Shown one piece after another: positions 30,108-41,341 of a stretch of 64,000 nt of DNA. Positions within the stretch are counted from its first letter, which is position 1; every line of letters starts with the position of its first letter. The stretch covers positions 1-64,000 of the forward strand of contig JABWCP010000014.1 of the NCBI GenBank assembly GCA_013360215.1, given 5' to 3'. The position numbers and the translations under genes were made by a program. Source of the DNA: a bacterium (GTDB lineage: Bacteria; CLD3; SB21). The notes beneath the pieces were generated by a model, which saw only the letters and a list, made by a program, of their open reading frames with translations, made no database searches and was not told where the DNA came from.

Positions 30108-30962
30108 CTAAGGCGTGCGGGATTTGGTTTTGAAAAAACTCAGCACGGTTTCCGTTGTATTAAAATCATTAAAAAACCATTGATGTCCTTCTTCTTCCGG
30201 CGTCAGCAGACGGATTTCATGGCCCGATTCCAAACCATACCGATCCAACGTAGTATTTTTCCCCGCTTTTTCGCCGATCGCCGTTCGCTGCATTTTATAA
30301 TAATTGCCCCACCACGTTAATGTTTGTGGCGCAGAAAGCAGCGAAAAACTGCCTTCATTGGAACCTTGATACGGTAAAACGCCGTCATTTTTACCGTGAA
30401 TGATAAGCACCGAAGTTTTTTCTTCCGGCGCACCATAGGTGGAGAGCGGCTGATTCATCGACGATGCCACACTGGCAACAGCGGCAAAACGATGGGATAA
30501 ACGGCAAGCCACATGATGGGCAAAAAGCCCTCCCTGCGAAAATCCGACAGCATATACACGGCGCGTATTTACAGGATATTTATCTATCATCGTTTTATAT
30601 ATCGCATCAATAAACCCTATGTCGTCAATGCCGAGACGGTAAGGTTTATTACACCGGCAGCCTTCGTCCCAATTTTCGACTTTGGCATCCGGATACACAA
30701 AGATACAGGAATCACCCCACGTACTTTTGTCAAAACCGGAGAACGAACGAATACCCGCGCCGTTTCCGCCGGCGCCGTGAAAAACAAAAACGAGCGGATA
30801 TTTTTTTCCATCGCGTAGCATCGGCACCGATGTGATATATGTACGATCGGCAAAAGTCGAATCCGCCACCGTTTCGGGATACACCGGTTTGAGCGGCCCG
30901 TCTTCGCATGCCGTCATCATTGCAGCCAATGTATAGATCATAAGAAGTAAGGAATGCAGCAT
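30108..30962 (-). CDS. Alpha/beta-hydrolase lipoprotein (LpqC/PHB depolymerase-like esterase)
   Basis: FHGAGG, DDIGFI, GFSQGG nucleophile, HGKND, GHQW. Confidence 0.85.
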   Translation of the reverse strand: MLHSLLLMIYTLAAMMTACEDGPLKPVYPETVADSTFADRTYITSVPMLRDGKKYPLVFVFHGAGGNGAGIRSFSGFDKSTWGDSCIFVYPDAKVENWDEGCRCNKPYRLGIDDIGFIDAIYKTMIDKYPVNTRRVYAVGFSQGGLFAHHVACRLSHRFAAVASVASSMNQPLSTYGAPEEKTSVLIIHGKNDGVLPYQGSNEGSFSLLSAPQTLTWWGNYYKMQRTAIGEKAGKNTTLDRYGLESGHEIRLLTPEEEGHQWFFNDFNTTETVLSFFKTKSRTP

Positions 30963-30964
30963 AG

Positions 30965-32242
30965 TTATTTGGCCTCCGGTGTAAAGCGACGAATCATCGG
31001 AGGCGCCGCCTTGGTTATATCCAATTGATGATTTTTATCGTAAGCGCCCCACGGGCTATTGGCTATGTAGTACAAAGAACCGCTCGCCACACATCCCAAC
31101 GTAGGTTCACCTAAGAAATGAGCATTATTATCAATAACCTCAACGGAAGTGATTTTATTCCATGCCGGATCACAGCTCAATCGTAGAACACGCAACGGGC
31201 TTGTTCCATTTTGTATCGCATAAATGGCCGTGCCGTCTATCAGTAATCCATCAATGCCTCGCAACAGCGAAGACGGCTTGAAGAATAGTTTTACCGTTTC
31301 ACCTGTTTTGATGCTAAGGCGATAGATGCCGGAAACGTAATCAGCGATGACAATGTACTGCTGATCGTGCGTTACGTCGATACCTTGCAAATTCCATACG
31401 TCATCCATTGTTTTCCATTTTACCATTTTTTTCATATCCGGATCGATGTGATAAATCTCCGGCGCTTTACTGTCGCTGATAAAAACCGAACCCGAAGCCG
31501 TAACACAAAGGTCACCGAAAATATGCCCACCCGAAACTTCAAATCGAGCGACTTCATGACCGCCATCAGCATCAAAACAAACAACAGCGGCTCTCCCGTC
31601 AAGTGAATCCGTGAACCCTGACATTTCCGACATGACCGATGTTGTCACCCATAAACGACGACGCAGAGAATCTATACGCATGCCCATCACCGAATACAAA
31701 GGTTTCGACGGCTTAAAAAAAGTCGTACCCCATATCCCGTCAGAACGCCGGACTCCGATCAATCCTTTCCTAATACTTCCTGTGATCCAGCGTTTGTTTT
31801 TTTTATCAAAAGTAATCCCTTCGGGATGAAAACCACGATCATCCAGTGTAAAAGCCGTTTCAGATTTTACAATTACGGTTTGGAGTGATTCGGCTAATTG
31901 CCGGGTGGATGCAAATCGCGGATCTGTTTTTACCGCATCGAAATCCGAGTCTTCAAAAAATTTTAATCCGGCATTCACATACAATGCAGCGCGAAGCGGC
32001 GCCCATACTTTATCTGTCTGACCTGTCAACACATATCCGGCAGCAAGGTTATATAGTATTCCGTAGTTATTAGGACGCAGAGAATCGGCCCGTTCGAAAT
32101 GATAAATCATTTTTGTGTAATTTTTTTCATTGGCTGCCGTCGCGGCTTCTTTGTAATGAAACTGATACTTCTCCATACGAGTTTGGGCTTGCGTCGTAAT
32201 CGTTATTAACCAACAAAAAGCAAAAAATGAAATTCGATGCAT
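30965..32242 (-). CDS. Secreted TPR plus beta-propeller (SMP-30/gluconolactonase-like) protein
   Basis: Signal peptide, YNLAAGY...DSDFDAV, HPEGITFD, GIDGL blades. Confidence 0.7.
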   Translation of the reverse strand: MHRISFFAFCWLITITTQAQTRMEKYQFHYKEAATAANEKNYTKMIYHFERADSLRPNNYGILYNLAAGYVLTGQTDKVWAPLRAALYVNAGLKFFEDSDFDAVKTDPRFASTRQLAESLQTVIVKSETAFTLDDRGFHPEGITFDKKNKRWITGSIRKGLIGVRRSDGIWGTTFFKPSKPLYSVMGMRIDSLRRRLWVTTSVMSEMSGFTDSLDGRAAVVCFDADGGHEVARFEVSGGHIFGDLCVTASGSVFISDSKAPEIYHIDPDMKKMVKWKTMDDVWNLQGIDVTHDQQYIVIADYVSGIYRLSIKTGETVKLFFKPSSLLRGIDGLLIDGTAIYAIQNGTSPLRVLRLSCDPAWNKITSVEVIDNNAHFLGEPTLGCVASGSLYYIANSPWGAYDKNHQLDITKAAPPMIRRFTPEAK

Positions 32243-32299
32243 AAAAATGTTTCCTGTTTTGATTTTTCAATCATACTTCATACGAACTGCGACTTCGTA

Positions 32300-32860
32300 T
32301 TATTTTTGAGATTCAATCATTTGTTTCAATTTTATTTTTCTACCGTCAGCGCCCAACTTTAAAGCTTTTTCCCACATTTCTTTGTAGTTATTTGTTTTAT
32401 TGCTTCTCTTGTTCTCTGCTTTAATCTGCAATTGGGCGAACTCCTCCCCATATAAATCAAGCCAAACATCATATAGATATAAGAATAATAATTCATGATC
32501 GTTAAAATCCTTTGTACGACGTTTCAAACAAAAATGAAGCCTATGTCCTAACTCATGAATCAAAGTACCTTGTTTGATAAGAGTAGGGTAACTTGATCTC
32601 AATCGCATGGGCGTGTCCGGCCCACCTGAATTACTGGGCATGTCGACGACATGCACTATTACAAGTGTATCAATAAAATTCATGCCGGAAATACGCTCCA
32701 TTGCTTCAACTATTTTTTTGCTTTCGGAATACCATATAGAGTCGTATTCATTTTTTTCTGAAACTGTAGTTGAATCGGAAGCCATAAAAATCAATTTTAG
32801 TTTTGTCTGTCCAGCGATGTGCGCCGAAAAAAGAAGAAACGTCATGACTAAAATTTTCAT
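32300..32860 (-). CDS. Secreted HExxH putative zinc metallopeptidase
   Basis: Signal peptide from MKILVMT (ATG 32860); LIHELGHRL plus downstream DHELL. Confidence 0.6.
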   Translation of the reverse strand: MKILVMTFLLFSAHIAGQTKLKLIFMASDSTTVSEKNEYDSIWYSESKKIVEAMERISGMNFIDTLVIVHVVDMPSNSGGPDTPMRLRSSYPTLIKQGTLIHELGHRLHFCLKRRTKDFNDHELLFLYLYDVWLDLYGEEFAQLQIKAENKRSNKTNNYKEMWEKALKLGADGRKIKLKQMIESQK

Positions 32861-33015
32861 AATCAGCCTTACCGGATATGTGAAACATGAATTGATCAAC
32901 CTGACCACACAATATACGGTGACTTTATCACTGTAAACGATATCGGTGGCGTGAAACGTCATTTTTTTGGAGGGAATGGTATGTTTATGAAGGAAAATCC
33001 AATTATATTGGTCGT

Positions 33016-34062
33016 ATGATTAATTTATTGTATCCCTCATGGTTGTGGCGCATGACGATTGCCGCATGTATCGGTTTATTTTCATATCCCGTGATCATGC
33101 TTATCCGCGGTTATACGATCGAATTGACCACAGGATATTATTATGCCGGTTTTTCTTTGTATGCTGCTTGTGCCCATGCCTGGATGATAGAGTGGCATTT
33201 ATTTAAGAATCGCCGTTTGCGGAACAAACTATCATGGCTTGATCATACCTGGTTACGTTTTTTAATTGAGCTTCCGTTGGCCTTTCTGATCGGAGCAACA
33301 GGGGTTTTTATCGGGCTGTCGGCGCTGATGCTGAGTTTTTTTGAAGCCTACAACCTCAGTCTGACACTCTGGTCATTTTACTTGACGTTGGGTATTCTGA
33401 TGTCGCTGGTATATTCCGCATTTTTTCATGTAGCCGAATTATTGCATGCCTGGCAGTCCGCAAAAGTACGTGCCGCCGAAATGGAGCAAGCCTCCGTTCG
33501 CGCACAAATGGCAGCCTTACAAAATCAAGTCAGTCCTCATTTTTTGTTTAATAGCTTAAATATGGCGCATGCTTTGATTGATCGCGACACGGAGGAGGCC
33601 AAATCGTTTATTGACCAACTCGCCGAGGTGTATCGCTACGTTCTGAAAAACCGGCAGGAGGAACTCGTTTCAGTACAAGAAGAAATCGAATTTGCTCGCC
33701 ATTATCTTGCGCTTGCTCAAATGCGATTTCAATACATCCTAATCAAAGAATCTGTTTCGCCGGATGCCCTGCAAAGGGCCATTCCTCCGGTTACGCTACA
33801 AATCCTGATTGAAAATGCCTTGCATCACAATGCCATTACGCACGAACATCCTCTGCATCTTTATATCGAATCTACGGACAACTCGCTCATTTTACGAAAT
33901 ACGCGAAACCCACGATTGCACGCTCCTGATCATTCCCACGCCGGAACAGGGTTAAACAATATTCGGCAACGTTATCTTTTTTTTACGGAACGTGCGATAC
34001 AGATTAATCAAACTGACGCGATGTTTTCAGTAACCATACCATTATTGGAATTTCCTGCATGA
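33016..34062 (+). CDS. LytS-type membrane histidine kinase
   Basis: TMs; LQNQVSPHFLFNSLN, LQILIENALHHN, GTGLNNI. Confidence 0.92.
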   Translation: MINLLYPSWLWRMTIAACIGLFSYPVIMLIRGYTIELTTGYYYAGFSLYAACAHAWMIEWHLFKNRRLRNKLSWLDHTWLRFLIELPLAFLIGATGVFIGLSALMLSFFEAYNLSLTLWSFYLTLGILMSLVYSAFFHVAELLHAWQSAKVRAAEMEQASVRAQMAALQNQVSPHFLFNSLNMAHALIDRDTEEAKSFIDQLAEVYRYVLKNRQEELVSVQEEIEFARHYLALAQMRFQYILIKESVSPDALQRAIPPVTLQILIENALHHNAITHEHPLHLYIESTDNSLILRNTRNPRLHAPDHSHAGTGLNNIRQRYLFFTERAIQINQTDAMFSVTIPLLEFPA

Positions 34063-34811
34063 AGGTATTGATCATCGAAGACGAACCGGTCGCCGCGGAT
34101 CACGTGGCCTCGTTGCTCCGACGTATTTTGCCGGACGTCGAAATCACGGGACAAATCGCAACGGTGCGCGAAGCGGTGCACTTACTTGGACAAAATCGTT
34201 TTGATCTGATCTTATCAGATATCCAGTTAGCCGACGGGTCGTGTTTTGAGATTTTCAGACAAACCAAGGTTAACACGCCGATTATTTTTATTACAGCCTA
34301 CGATCAATATGCATTACGGGCATTCGAAGTATTCAGTGTGGATTACATACTGAAACCGGTAACCGAAAAAAAAATTGAAACAGCCTTAAACCGATTCAAA
34401 GAACGACGTGATTTGTTTTTTGCAGATTATGAAAAACTTGCGCAGCCCTCGGGTAAAGAATATAAACAACGGTTTTTGGTGCGAATTGGAAGTAAATTGA
34501 TTCCTGTGGAATGCAAAGACATACTGTTTTTTTATGCTGAAGACAAATGGATTGACCTCATAACAAAAGACAATAAGCGTTTTGTCGTAGACTTCAGCCT
34601 CAATCAATTGGAAGATTTACTTGACCCGAAGGATTTTTTTCGCATCAATCGGCAATACATCATTCACAGGCAGGCATTGATCTCCATCGCTCAGCATCAA
34701 CCGGGACAAGTAACGGCGCTTATCAAATCAAATCCATCGGAATCCCCGGTCATCAGTCGCCGAGTTACGCCCCGCTTCAAACTATGGTTATCCGAAAATA
34801 AAAAACCCTGA
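34059..34811 (+). CDS. LytTR response regulator
   Basis: IIEDE, SDIQLADG, TAYDQY, FFRINRQYII; ATGA overlap with the kinase. Confidence 0.95.
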   Translation: MKVLIIEDEPVAADHVASLLRRILPDVEITGQIATVREAVHLLGQNRFDLILSDIQLADGSCFEIFRQTKVNTPIIFITAYDQYALRAFEVFSVDYILKPVTEKKIETALNRFKERRDLFFADYEKLAQPSGKEYKQRFLVRIGSKLIPVECKDILFFYAEDKWIDLITKDNKRFVVDFSLNQLEDLLDPKDFFRINRQYIIHRQALISIAQHQPGQVTALIKSNPSESPVISRRVTPRFKLWLSENKKP

Positions 34812-34849
34812 CGGTGACATCAGGGTTTATAGTTAAATATGATGATGTA

Positions 34850-36307
34850 TTATAGCAAAGTTCGGTTAAAATGGTAGGTCAAGCTAATGCCATAGTACCA
34901 TTGTTTTGACGACTTCACGCCATTATAAGGGTCAAACAGATTTCCGCTATTAACAAACCGTATAGCCTCCATTGCACCCATGTCATAATAACCATTCAAA
35001 TCGGATGCCGGGCTATTTTTCTTCTTTAACCATGCGGCATCCCCCGAGATACTTAATCTGTTTTCGATAAAATAGGTTAAGTTAGTGCTAATTTTATATT
35101 TCTTACTTTTAAATGTTTCGTGTGTATCCTCATCGCCGATTTTAATATGTGCATTATCGTATGTGCCGCTGACAGTCCATAATAACCGATCCGCAATGGA
35201 ATACAGATGATTGACGGCCAACTGCATTTGCTTAAGATCACTGACAGGGTTGTATTTTTTTGAACTTGATCGAAAATCCAAACTACCTGTTGCCGAAAAA
35301 TCAATTTGCCCATTAATGGAGTAATTATGATAAAATTGCCCGTTGAGCATCATTCCTAAATAAGTGGAACGAAACTTCACGTCTTCATCATCCAGATAAT
35401 AATTGCTCGAATTTCTCTTATCTCGGCTTTGGTAGCGAATAATTCGTGGTCCGACATCAATCACATAGCCTTCCAAACGATTTCCGATCGCTTCCTGAAA
35501 AACATCGTTCATATAGTGCGCTTCAAACGGCGTTAAATCCGGTAATGCTTCATCTAACGAGTTCCAGAATTCTTTTTGATGCCTATCATAGACATTTTGA
35601 TAACCATATAACCGTGCAAACTCTGCGGCAACACGCTGCGTTGTTTCTTCGTTCCATGATTCACCCTTTCCGACAGCGTTGAGCCTTTCATGCACTCTCA
35701 TGGCGCGAATGACAGGTGTCACGTTACGGATTCGGCCAATACCAAACAATGTCGCCAAAGACAAATCAATGGCGTTTGATTTTTCTTTAGAACGCATTAT
35801 GGCCGTATCAGGAAACATATAACCGATATCCGTTACTTTATAAACAGACTCGCTCTTTGTATAAGCTATGTGCGGTAGAATGGTGGCATGATAATATCCC
35901 GCATAGTGGGAACTATTTCCTCGCAACATAACATGAGCAACTATGTCATTATAGTCACGGTCAGAGTGACCTAGATCGTTATTTCTACTGGTTTCATTGG
36001 TTCGTTTGGAATAAAATGCCGAAGCTGAAAAGTTTAAATCCTGCTTTTCCGATTCACGCATAAGGATATAATTGGAATTTAGCCAATACGACGAGTTATC
36101 ATTCTTATATTCTTCATCAGAATAATCCGAAGAGCTATTGTTTCTACTCAGGCTCGCATTGATCCATCCGCGGCTATATCCCCAATCGGGCAACCGGTAA
36201 TCCTTGATCGGTTTGGGATTATTATCTGAAAAGCCTACACTTGTCTGTGCGGATAATTGATCCTGCATTAATAGTGCAACCAAGCAAAGAAAAATGACTT
36301 TTCTCAT
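34850..36307 (-). CDS. Hypothetical secreted/outer-membrane protein
   Basis: Signal peptide; GIGRIRNVTPV motif; beta-strand-like C-terminus YGISLTYHF. Confidence 0.7.
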   Translation of the reverse strand: MRKVIFLCLVALLMQDQLSAQTSVGFSDNNPKPIKDYRLPDWGYSRGWINASLSRNNSSSDYSDEEYKNDNSSYWLNSNYILMRESEKQDLNFSASAFYSKRTNETSRNNDLGHSDRDYNDIVAHVMLRGNSSHYAGYYHATILPHIAYTKSESVYKVTDIGYMFPDTAIMRSKEKSNAIDLSLATLFGIGRIRNVTPVIRAMRVHERLNAVGKGESWNEETTQRVAAEFARLYGYQNVYDRHQKEFWNSLDEALPDLTPFEAHYMNDVFQEAIGNRLEGYVIDVGPRIIRYQSRDKRNSSNYYLDDEDVKFRSTYLGMMLNGQFYHNYSINGQIDFSATGSLDFRSSSKKYNPVSDLKQMQLAVNHLYSIADRLLWTVSGTYDNAHIKIGDEDTHETFKSKKYKISTNLTYFIENRLSISGDAAWLKKKNSPASDLNGYYDMGAMEAIRFVNSGNLFDPYNGVKSSKQWYYGISLTYHFNRTLL

Positions 36308-36499
36308 GAGAATTCCCTCTAATTTGTGAAAAATGAAAGATTGACCTAAAAACTACGAAACCGTTATAGTAAAAAATTCATTGACTACCTGTGTTAAGTA
36401 AAAGAGGAATATGTCTGTATTAGACAGAGATAAGGCCGGAGGGTTTAATAAAAAATCACCCGCCGCATGGAAAACATACGGCGGGAGTACAAATCAATT

Positions 36500-38572
36500 C
36501 TAGTACTTTGCTAAATTTTCAAGCGCGGTCGTAATGTTATGATCCTGCGGAAGTATCATTTCTTCGAGGAACCAGTTATACGGCACCGGTGAAAAAGCGC
36601 CAGCCACACGTTGGACCGGAGCATCAAGGTATTCAAATCCTTGGTGCATGATCTGCGCAACGATTTCGCTGCCAAAACCACAAAATTCGACATCTTCGTG
36701 CACCACGAGGCATTTGCCTGTTTTCTTGACGGAATTCAAAATCGTATCGGTATCCAAAGGCACGATCGTACGAATGTCAATCACTTCGATTTTCACATTG
36801 TGAGTTTCTTCCATGTACTTCGCGGCATTGAGGCATTTATTGACCATCATACCGTACGTCACGACCGTGATATCCGAACCCTCACGTTTGACGGCCGCTT
36901 TGCCGAAAGGAAGCAAATAATCTGCATCCGGTTCCGGCATCTGCGCAAAACCTTGACGATACATGCCTTTGTGTTCCAAGAACAACACCGGGTCATCACA
37001 ACGAATGGCCGTTTTCAGAAGCCCTTTCGCATCGGCTGCATTCGACGGTAATGCGATTTTCAAACCGGGAATATGCGCAAAAAAGGATTCGATATTCTGC
37101 GAATGGCAAAGCGCACCGTGAATATAACCGCCTATAGGAATACGCACGACCATCGGACATTTCCACGTACCATTGGAACGGTAACGCATCGTCGCGAGTT
37201 CGTTGCGAATCTGCATCATCGCCGTCCACACATAATCGCCAAACTGAATCTCTACCACAGGTTTCCATCCGCGCACGGCGAGCCCTACGGCCGTCCCGAC
37301 GATAGATGATTCCGCCAGCGGTGAATTGAATACGCGATCGCGTCCAAATTTTTTAGACAGGCCTTTAGTTGCCGTAAATACGCCGCCTTTGTCATCTTCG
37401 ATATCTTCACCGAACATAATGATTCTAGGATCACGCTCCAGTTCTTCGGCCATAGCATGATTGATCGCATCCACAAGCACGATGGGTTTTCCGCTCGGTA
37501 CGGTTTTTTCATATGCAAGCGTATCCGGTTCTTCAGAAAACACATGTTTCATGGCAACGCTTTTATCCGGGTGCGGCTGCGTTTCGGCCCAATCCGCTGC
37601 GTCATCTACAGATTTATAACATTCCTGACGAAACGCTTCATCGTCTTCTTTTTTAAGAATGCGGTTATCGGTGAGAAATTTGGCCATTTGTTCGATCGGA
37701 TCGCGCGCACGATCTTTCGCAAGATCTTCCTCCGGACGGTATTTACGCTGATCATCGGAAGAGGAGTGCGGTAATAAACGGACGACATCCGCCACAACCA
37801 AAGCCGGTCCTTCGCCTTTGCGTGCTTTCTCTGTCGCTTCTTTTATGATGGCATAGCTTTCTAGAAAATTCGTTCCGTCCATTTCATAGCAATGAATATT
37901 CGAATACCCGGCGCCGAGCGAGAGGATCGAATCCGATGTTTGCTGATGGATCGGTACAGAAATCGCGTATTTATTATCCTGAATAAAGAACACCACAGGA
38001 AATTTCTCACGGCTCGCCCAATTGAGGGCTTCGTGAAAATCACCTTGAGACGTCGTACCGTCCCCTGAAGACACATACACGACTTCGTCTTTGCCCTCTT
38101 TAGCCGCGCCCATCGCACAACCGACCGCCTGCAAAAACTGTGTTCCCGTGGGACTGGATTGCGAAGGAATTCGTAAACCCGCATGACCGTAGTGCTGGGG
38201 CATCTGACGACCGCCGGAATTGGGGTCATCGGCTTTCGCTAAAAAGCATAACATAAGTTCTTGAGCCGTCATACCTACGCTGAGGCAAAGCGCCTGGTCG
38301 CGATAATACGGATAAAACCAGTCTTTGCCGGGTTGCATGGCAAACCCCGCCGCCACCTGCGCGGCTTCGTGGCCGGAGCATCCGATATGAAAAAAACTCT
38401 TTCCTTGTTTGAGCATACGCAACATTTTGTCATCCAAATATCGTGCGATGATCATGTGACGATACGCGGCCAACAGCCGCTCTTTCGTCAATTCGGGAAA
38501 ATCGCTCAGCGAATATTTTTTTCCGTTACCGGGCCTGACCATATCGGGACGGGTCTGGGCTTTGGAAGCCAT
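36500..38572 (-). CDS. 2-oxoacid (branched-chain type) dehydrogenase E1, fused alpha/beta
   Basis: GHEAAQ, GDGTTSQGDFHE ThDP motif, PHSSSDD, SPLAES, EIQFGDY; ATG 38572 with AAGGAG. Confidence 0.93.
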   Translation of the reverse strand: MASKAQTRPDMVRPGNGKKYSLSDFPELTKERLLAAYRHMIIARYLDDKMLRMLKQGKSFFHIGCSGHEAAQVAAGFAMQPGKDWFYPYYRDQALCLSVGMTAQELMLCFLAKADDPNSGGRQMPQHYGHAGLRIPSQSSPTGTQFLQAVGCAMGAAKEGKDEVVYVSSGDGTTSQGDFHEALNWASREKFPVVFFIQDNKYAISVPIHQQTSDSILSLGAGYSNIHCYEMDGTNFLESYAIIKEATEKARKGEGPALVVADVVRLLPHSSSDDQRKYRPEEDLAKDRARDPIEQMAKFLTDNRILKKEDDEAFRQECYKSVDDAADWAETQPHPDKSVAMKHVFSEEPDTLAYEKTVPSGKPIVLVDAINHAMAEELERDPRIIMFGEDIEDDKGGVFTATKGLSKKFGRDRVFNSPLAESSIVGTAVGLAVRGWKPVVEIQFGDYVWTAMMQIRNELATMRYRSNGTWKCPMVVRIPIGGYIHGALCHSQNIESFFAHIPGLKIALPSNAADAKGLLKTAIRCDDPVLFLEHKGMYRQGFAQMPEPDADYLLPFGKAAVKREGSDITVVTYGMMVNKCLNAAKYMEETHNVKIEVIDIRTIVPLDTDTILNSVKKTGKCLVVHEDVEFCGFGSEIVAQIMHQGFEYLDAPVQRVAGAFSPVPYNWFLEEMILPQDHNITTALENLAKY

Positions 38573-38787
38573 GCGTTTACTCCTTATTCGTACAATAATT
38601 TGAGTTATACAAAAGTAGTCTGAAACGCGGGATTGTAGGTAAAAAAACCTATATGCACAAGCGGAAATTAGCAGATAAAATATTCGCATCCAATCGAAAC
38701 AAATTCTTTATTTTATCGTTCTTACCATCAACCTTTCGTTTAACACTATTCTATTTTATATACCATTTTAGTTTGAGGTCATCGTAT

Positions 38788-41181
38788 ATGCTCTCCAATT
38801 ATCTGACGGTCGCATGGCGTTCTATCACCCGCAAAAAAGGATTCTCCGCCATTCTTATTTCCGGCTTAGCCGTCGGCATGGCTTGTTTTCTGCTTATCGC
38901 TTTGTACGCATTGGATGAATGGTCCTACGATCGCTTTCACGGCAAAAAAGATCGCATTTATCGTCTGGCGGAAAAGCTCGAATCGGAAAATTCATCGAGT
39001 AACCCGTTTCCGGTAGCCCAAGCTTTGAAAACCGACTACCCGCATCTTGTGGAGCAAACCGTACGCCTGTTTAATTTCCAATTAACTTCTTTTACGCTGC
39101 AGATCGGCGATCAAAAATACAACGAATCCAATTTGTACTTTGCCGATTCGACTTTTTTTCAAGTGTTTGACTACGCCTTAGCGGAAGGTGATCCGCAAAC
39201 AGCGCTTGCCCGCCCCAATAATATCATCGTATCCCGCGCCATGGCCAAAAAATATTTCGGTGATACGCCGCCGTTGGGAAAAATACTTCGATTAGAAGGC
39301 AAACTTGATCTGATGGTGTCCGGTATCTTTGCGGAAATACCGACCCAAAGCCATATTCGATTTGACGCGCTGATTTCGTTTTCTACGGCGGCTTCCTTGA
39401 CCGGACCGAATACATTCAAAGGCTGGGTTTGGAATCCGTGCTGGACATACTTGCTTCTGAAAGAGGGCGTTTCACCCGATGAATTGACAACTCAATTTCC
39501 GGAATTTATAAAAAAATATTATCCTGATTTTCTCAAAGCTCAGGTTACGCACTATCTGCAGCCCTTGACCGATATTCACTTACATTCCAAATTAGATTAT
39601 GAAATGCACCCCAACGGGGATGCGGCCACCGTATGGGTATTCTGCACCGTCGGTTTGCTCATTTTGCTTATCTCGTGTATCAATTTTACCAATCTCGCCA
39701 CGGCACGTTCGCTGATGCGCGCACGGGAAGTCGGTATGCGCAAAGTGCTTGGCGCGGATCGAAAGATGATCGTGCGTCAGTTTCTCGGCGAATCGCTTTT
39801 GATTAGTTTGATCGCATGGGTTGGTGCACTGATTCTGTCGGAAATATCATTACCGCTGCTGAATGCGCTCACGGGAAAAAATTTCAGTTGGGCCGCGTTT
39901 CAATATGCATGGTATATACCTCTCGGGTTACTGATCGCCGCGCTGTGCGGAGTTTTGGGCGGATGGTATCCGTCGTTGTTTTTAGCACGATTTGAGGCCG
40001 TGACGGTCCTCAAAGGACAATTCAAACATTCCGGTAAAACGCGGTGGCTGCGTCAAACTCTCGTGGTGATGCAATTTGCGATTTCTACCGGTCTTATTGC
40101 CGGCACTATCGTCGTCTATCTCCAGCTTCATTATATGCGTTCCGCCGATACCGGATTCCAAAAAGAACATATCCTCGTTATTCCTACGCGACCGGCGATG
40201 ATCAAACGGTATGAAACGCTGAAGTCCGAATGGAAATCCGATAGCCGAATTCAAGACGTCACCGTGATGAATGAAATCCTGGGTGTACATCATAATACCC
40301 ATGAGATTCGTTATGAACCTATGCCTGTCGGTCAATGGCAATATTTCCCCGGTCTCATGGTGGACGAAGATTTCGCGGAAACATTTGGCTTGCTACTGCT
40401 GGCCGGGCGGGATTTTTCAAAAGATTTTCCACGCGATGATTCGCTGGGAATTTTAGTCAATGAAGCGGCCGTTGAACGCATGGGCTGGGGTTCTCCGGAA
40501 AAAGCGATCGGTCAGATTTTTGAAACCATCGGCGGTCACGAACGCGTGATCGGTGTAGTCAAAAATTTTAACTACAAATCGCTCGCACACCGTATCGAAC
40601 CTTTTTTTATAGACATGCCCAACGCCGGTAATTTCAATTTCTTCAGAAAGTTCATGGCGCTTCGCATTCGATCCCATGATCTGCCCGGTACGATCTCACA
40701 CATTGAGTCGGTGTGGAATCGTATCGTTCCGGAATATCCGTGTGAATTTTCATTTCTTGATCAGAATATCGAAAAAATGTATCGCGCTCAGGAAAACCTG
40801 AGCCGGATTATCGGATACTTCGCCGGGCTGGCTATTTTTATTGCCTGCCTCGGTATGTTTGCGCTGGCTTCTTTTATGGCCGAACAGCGCACCAAAGAAA
40901 TCGGCATTCGTAAAACCCTCGGCGCGCGCACCTCCGAACTCGCGCTACTTTTCGCACGGGATTTTGTCATCTTGGTACTCATCGCCGCAGCGGTATCAAG
41001 CCTTCCTTCCGCATGGTTTATGCAGGATTGGCTGAATAATTACAATTTCCGCATCACATTGGAATGGTGGATTTTTGCCGCTTCGGCCGGTGTTGCGCTG
41101 TTGATCGCCGCACTTACCGTCAGCTATCAGGCTGTACGTACGGCTTCCCGTAATCCCGTAAAGGCGTTACGGTATGAGTAA
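38788..41181 (+). CDS. ABC permease, duplicated MacB/FtsX type
   Basis: LQPLTDIHL, RAREVGMRKVLGA, RTKEIGIRK, NPVKALRYE; ATG 38788. Confidence 0.92.
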   Translation: MLSNYLTVAWRSITRKKGFSAILISGLAVGMACFLLIALYALDEWSYDRFHGKKDRIYRLAEKLESENSSSNPFPVAQALKTDYPHLVEQTVRLFNFQLTSFTLQIGDQKYNESNLYFADSTFFQVFDYALAEGDPQTALARPNNIIVSRAMAKKYFGDTPPLGKILRLEGKLDLMVSGIFAEIPTQSHIRFDALISFSTAASLTGPNTFKGWVWNPCWTYLLLKEGVSPDELTTQFPEFIKKYYPDFLKAQVTHYLQPLTDIHLHSKLDYEMHPNGDAATVWVFCTVGLLILLISCINFTNLATARSLMRAREVGMRKVLGADRKMIVRQFLGESLLISLIAWVGALILSEISLPLLNALTGKNFSWAAFQYAWYIPLGLLIAALCGVLGGWYPSLFLARFEAVTVLKGQFKHSGKTRWLRQTLVVMQFAISTGLIAGTIVVYLQLHYMRSADTGFQKEHILVIPTRPAMIKRYETLKSEWKSDSRIQDVTVMNEILGVHHNTHEIRYEPMPVGQWQYFPGLMVDEDFAETFGLLLLAGRDFSKDFPRDDSLGILVNEAAVERMGWGSPEKAIGQIFETIGGHERVIGVVKNFNYKSLAHRIEPFFIDMPNAGNFNFFRKFMALRIRSHDLPGTISHIESVWNRIVPEYPCEFSFLDQNIEKMYRAQENLSRIIGYFAGLAIFIACLGMFALASFMAEQRTKEIGIRKTLGARTSELALLFARDFVILVLIAAAVSSLPSAWFMQDWLNNYNFRITLEWWIFAASAGVALLIAALTVSYQAVRTASRNPVKALRYE

Positions 41182-41341
41182 TCACAGCTTAGGTTGGTTC
41201 ATGTTCTAACATACCCCGTCGCACTTGATCTTTGTCATGTCGCATGTCGTCAACGCACACGATATTTATTGCAAAATAGGCGAATCTTGGACATATTGCG
41301 CCGCTTTTTATTTAACCGCCTAACTTATAAAGGGCCCGGAC

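Noticed and set aside
32861-33015. GTGAAAC/GTAAAC-like repeats near the second LytTR pair
   Set aside because: Spacing is inconsistent (19-21 bp) and the matches are too weak to call an operator.
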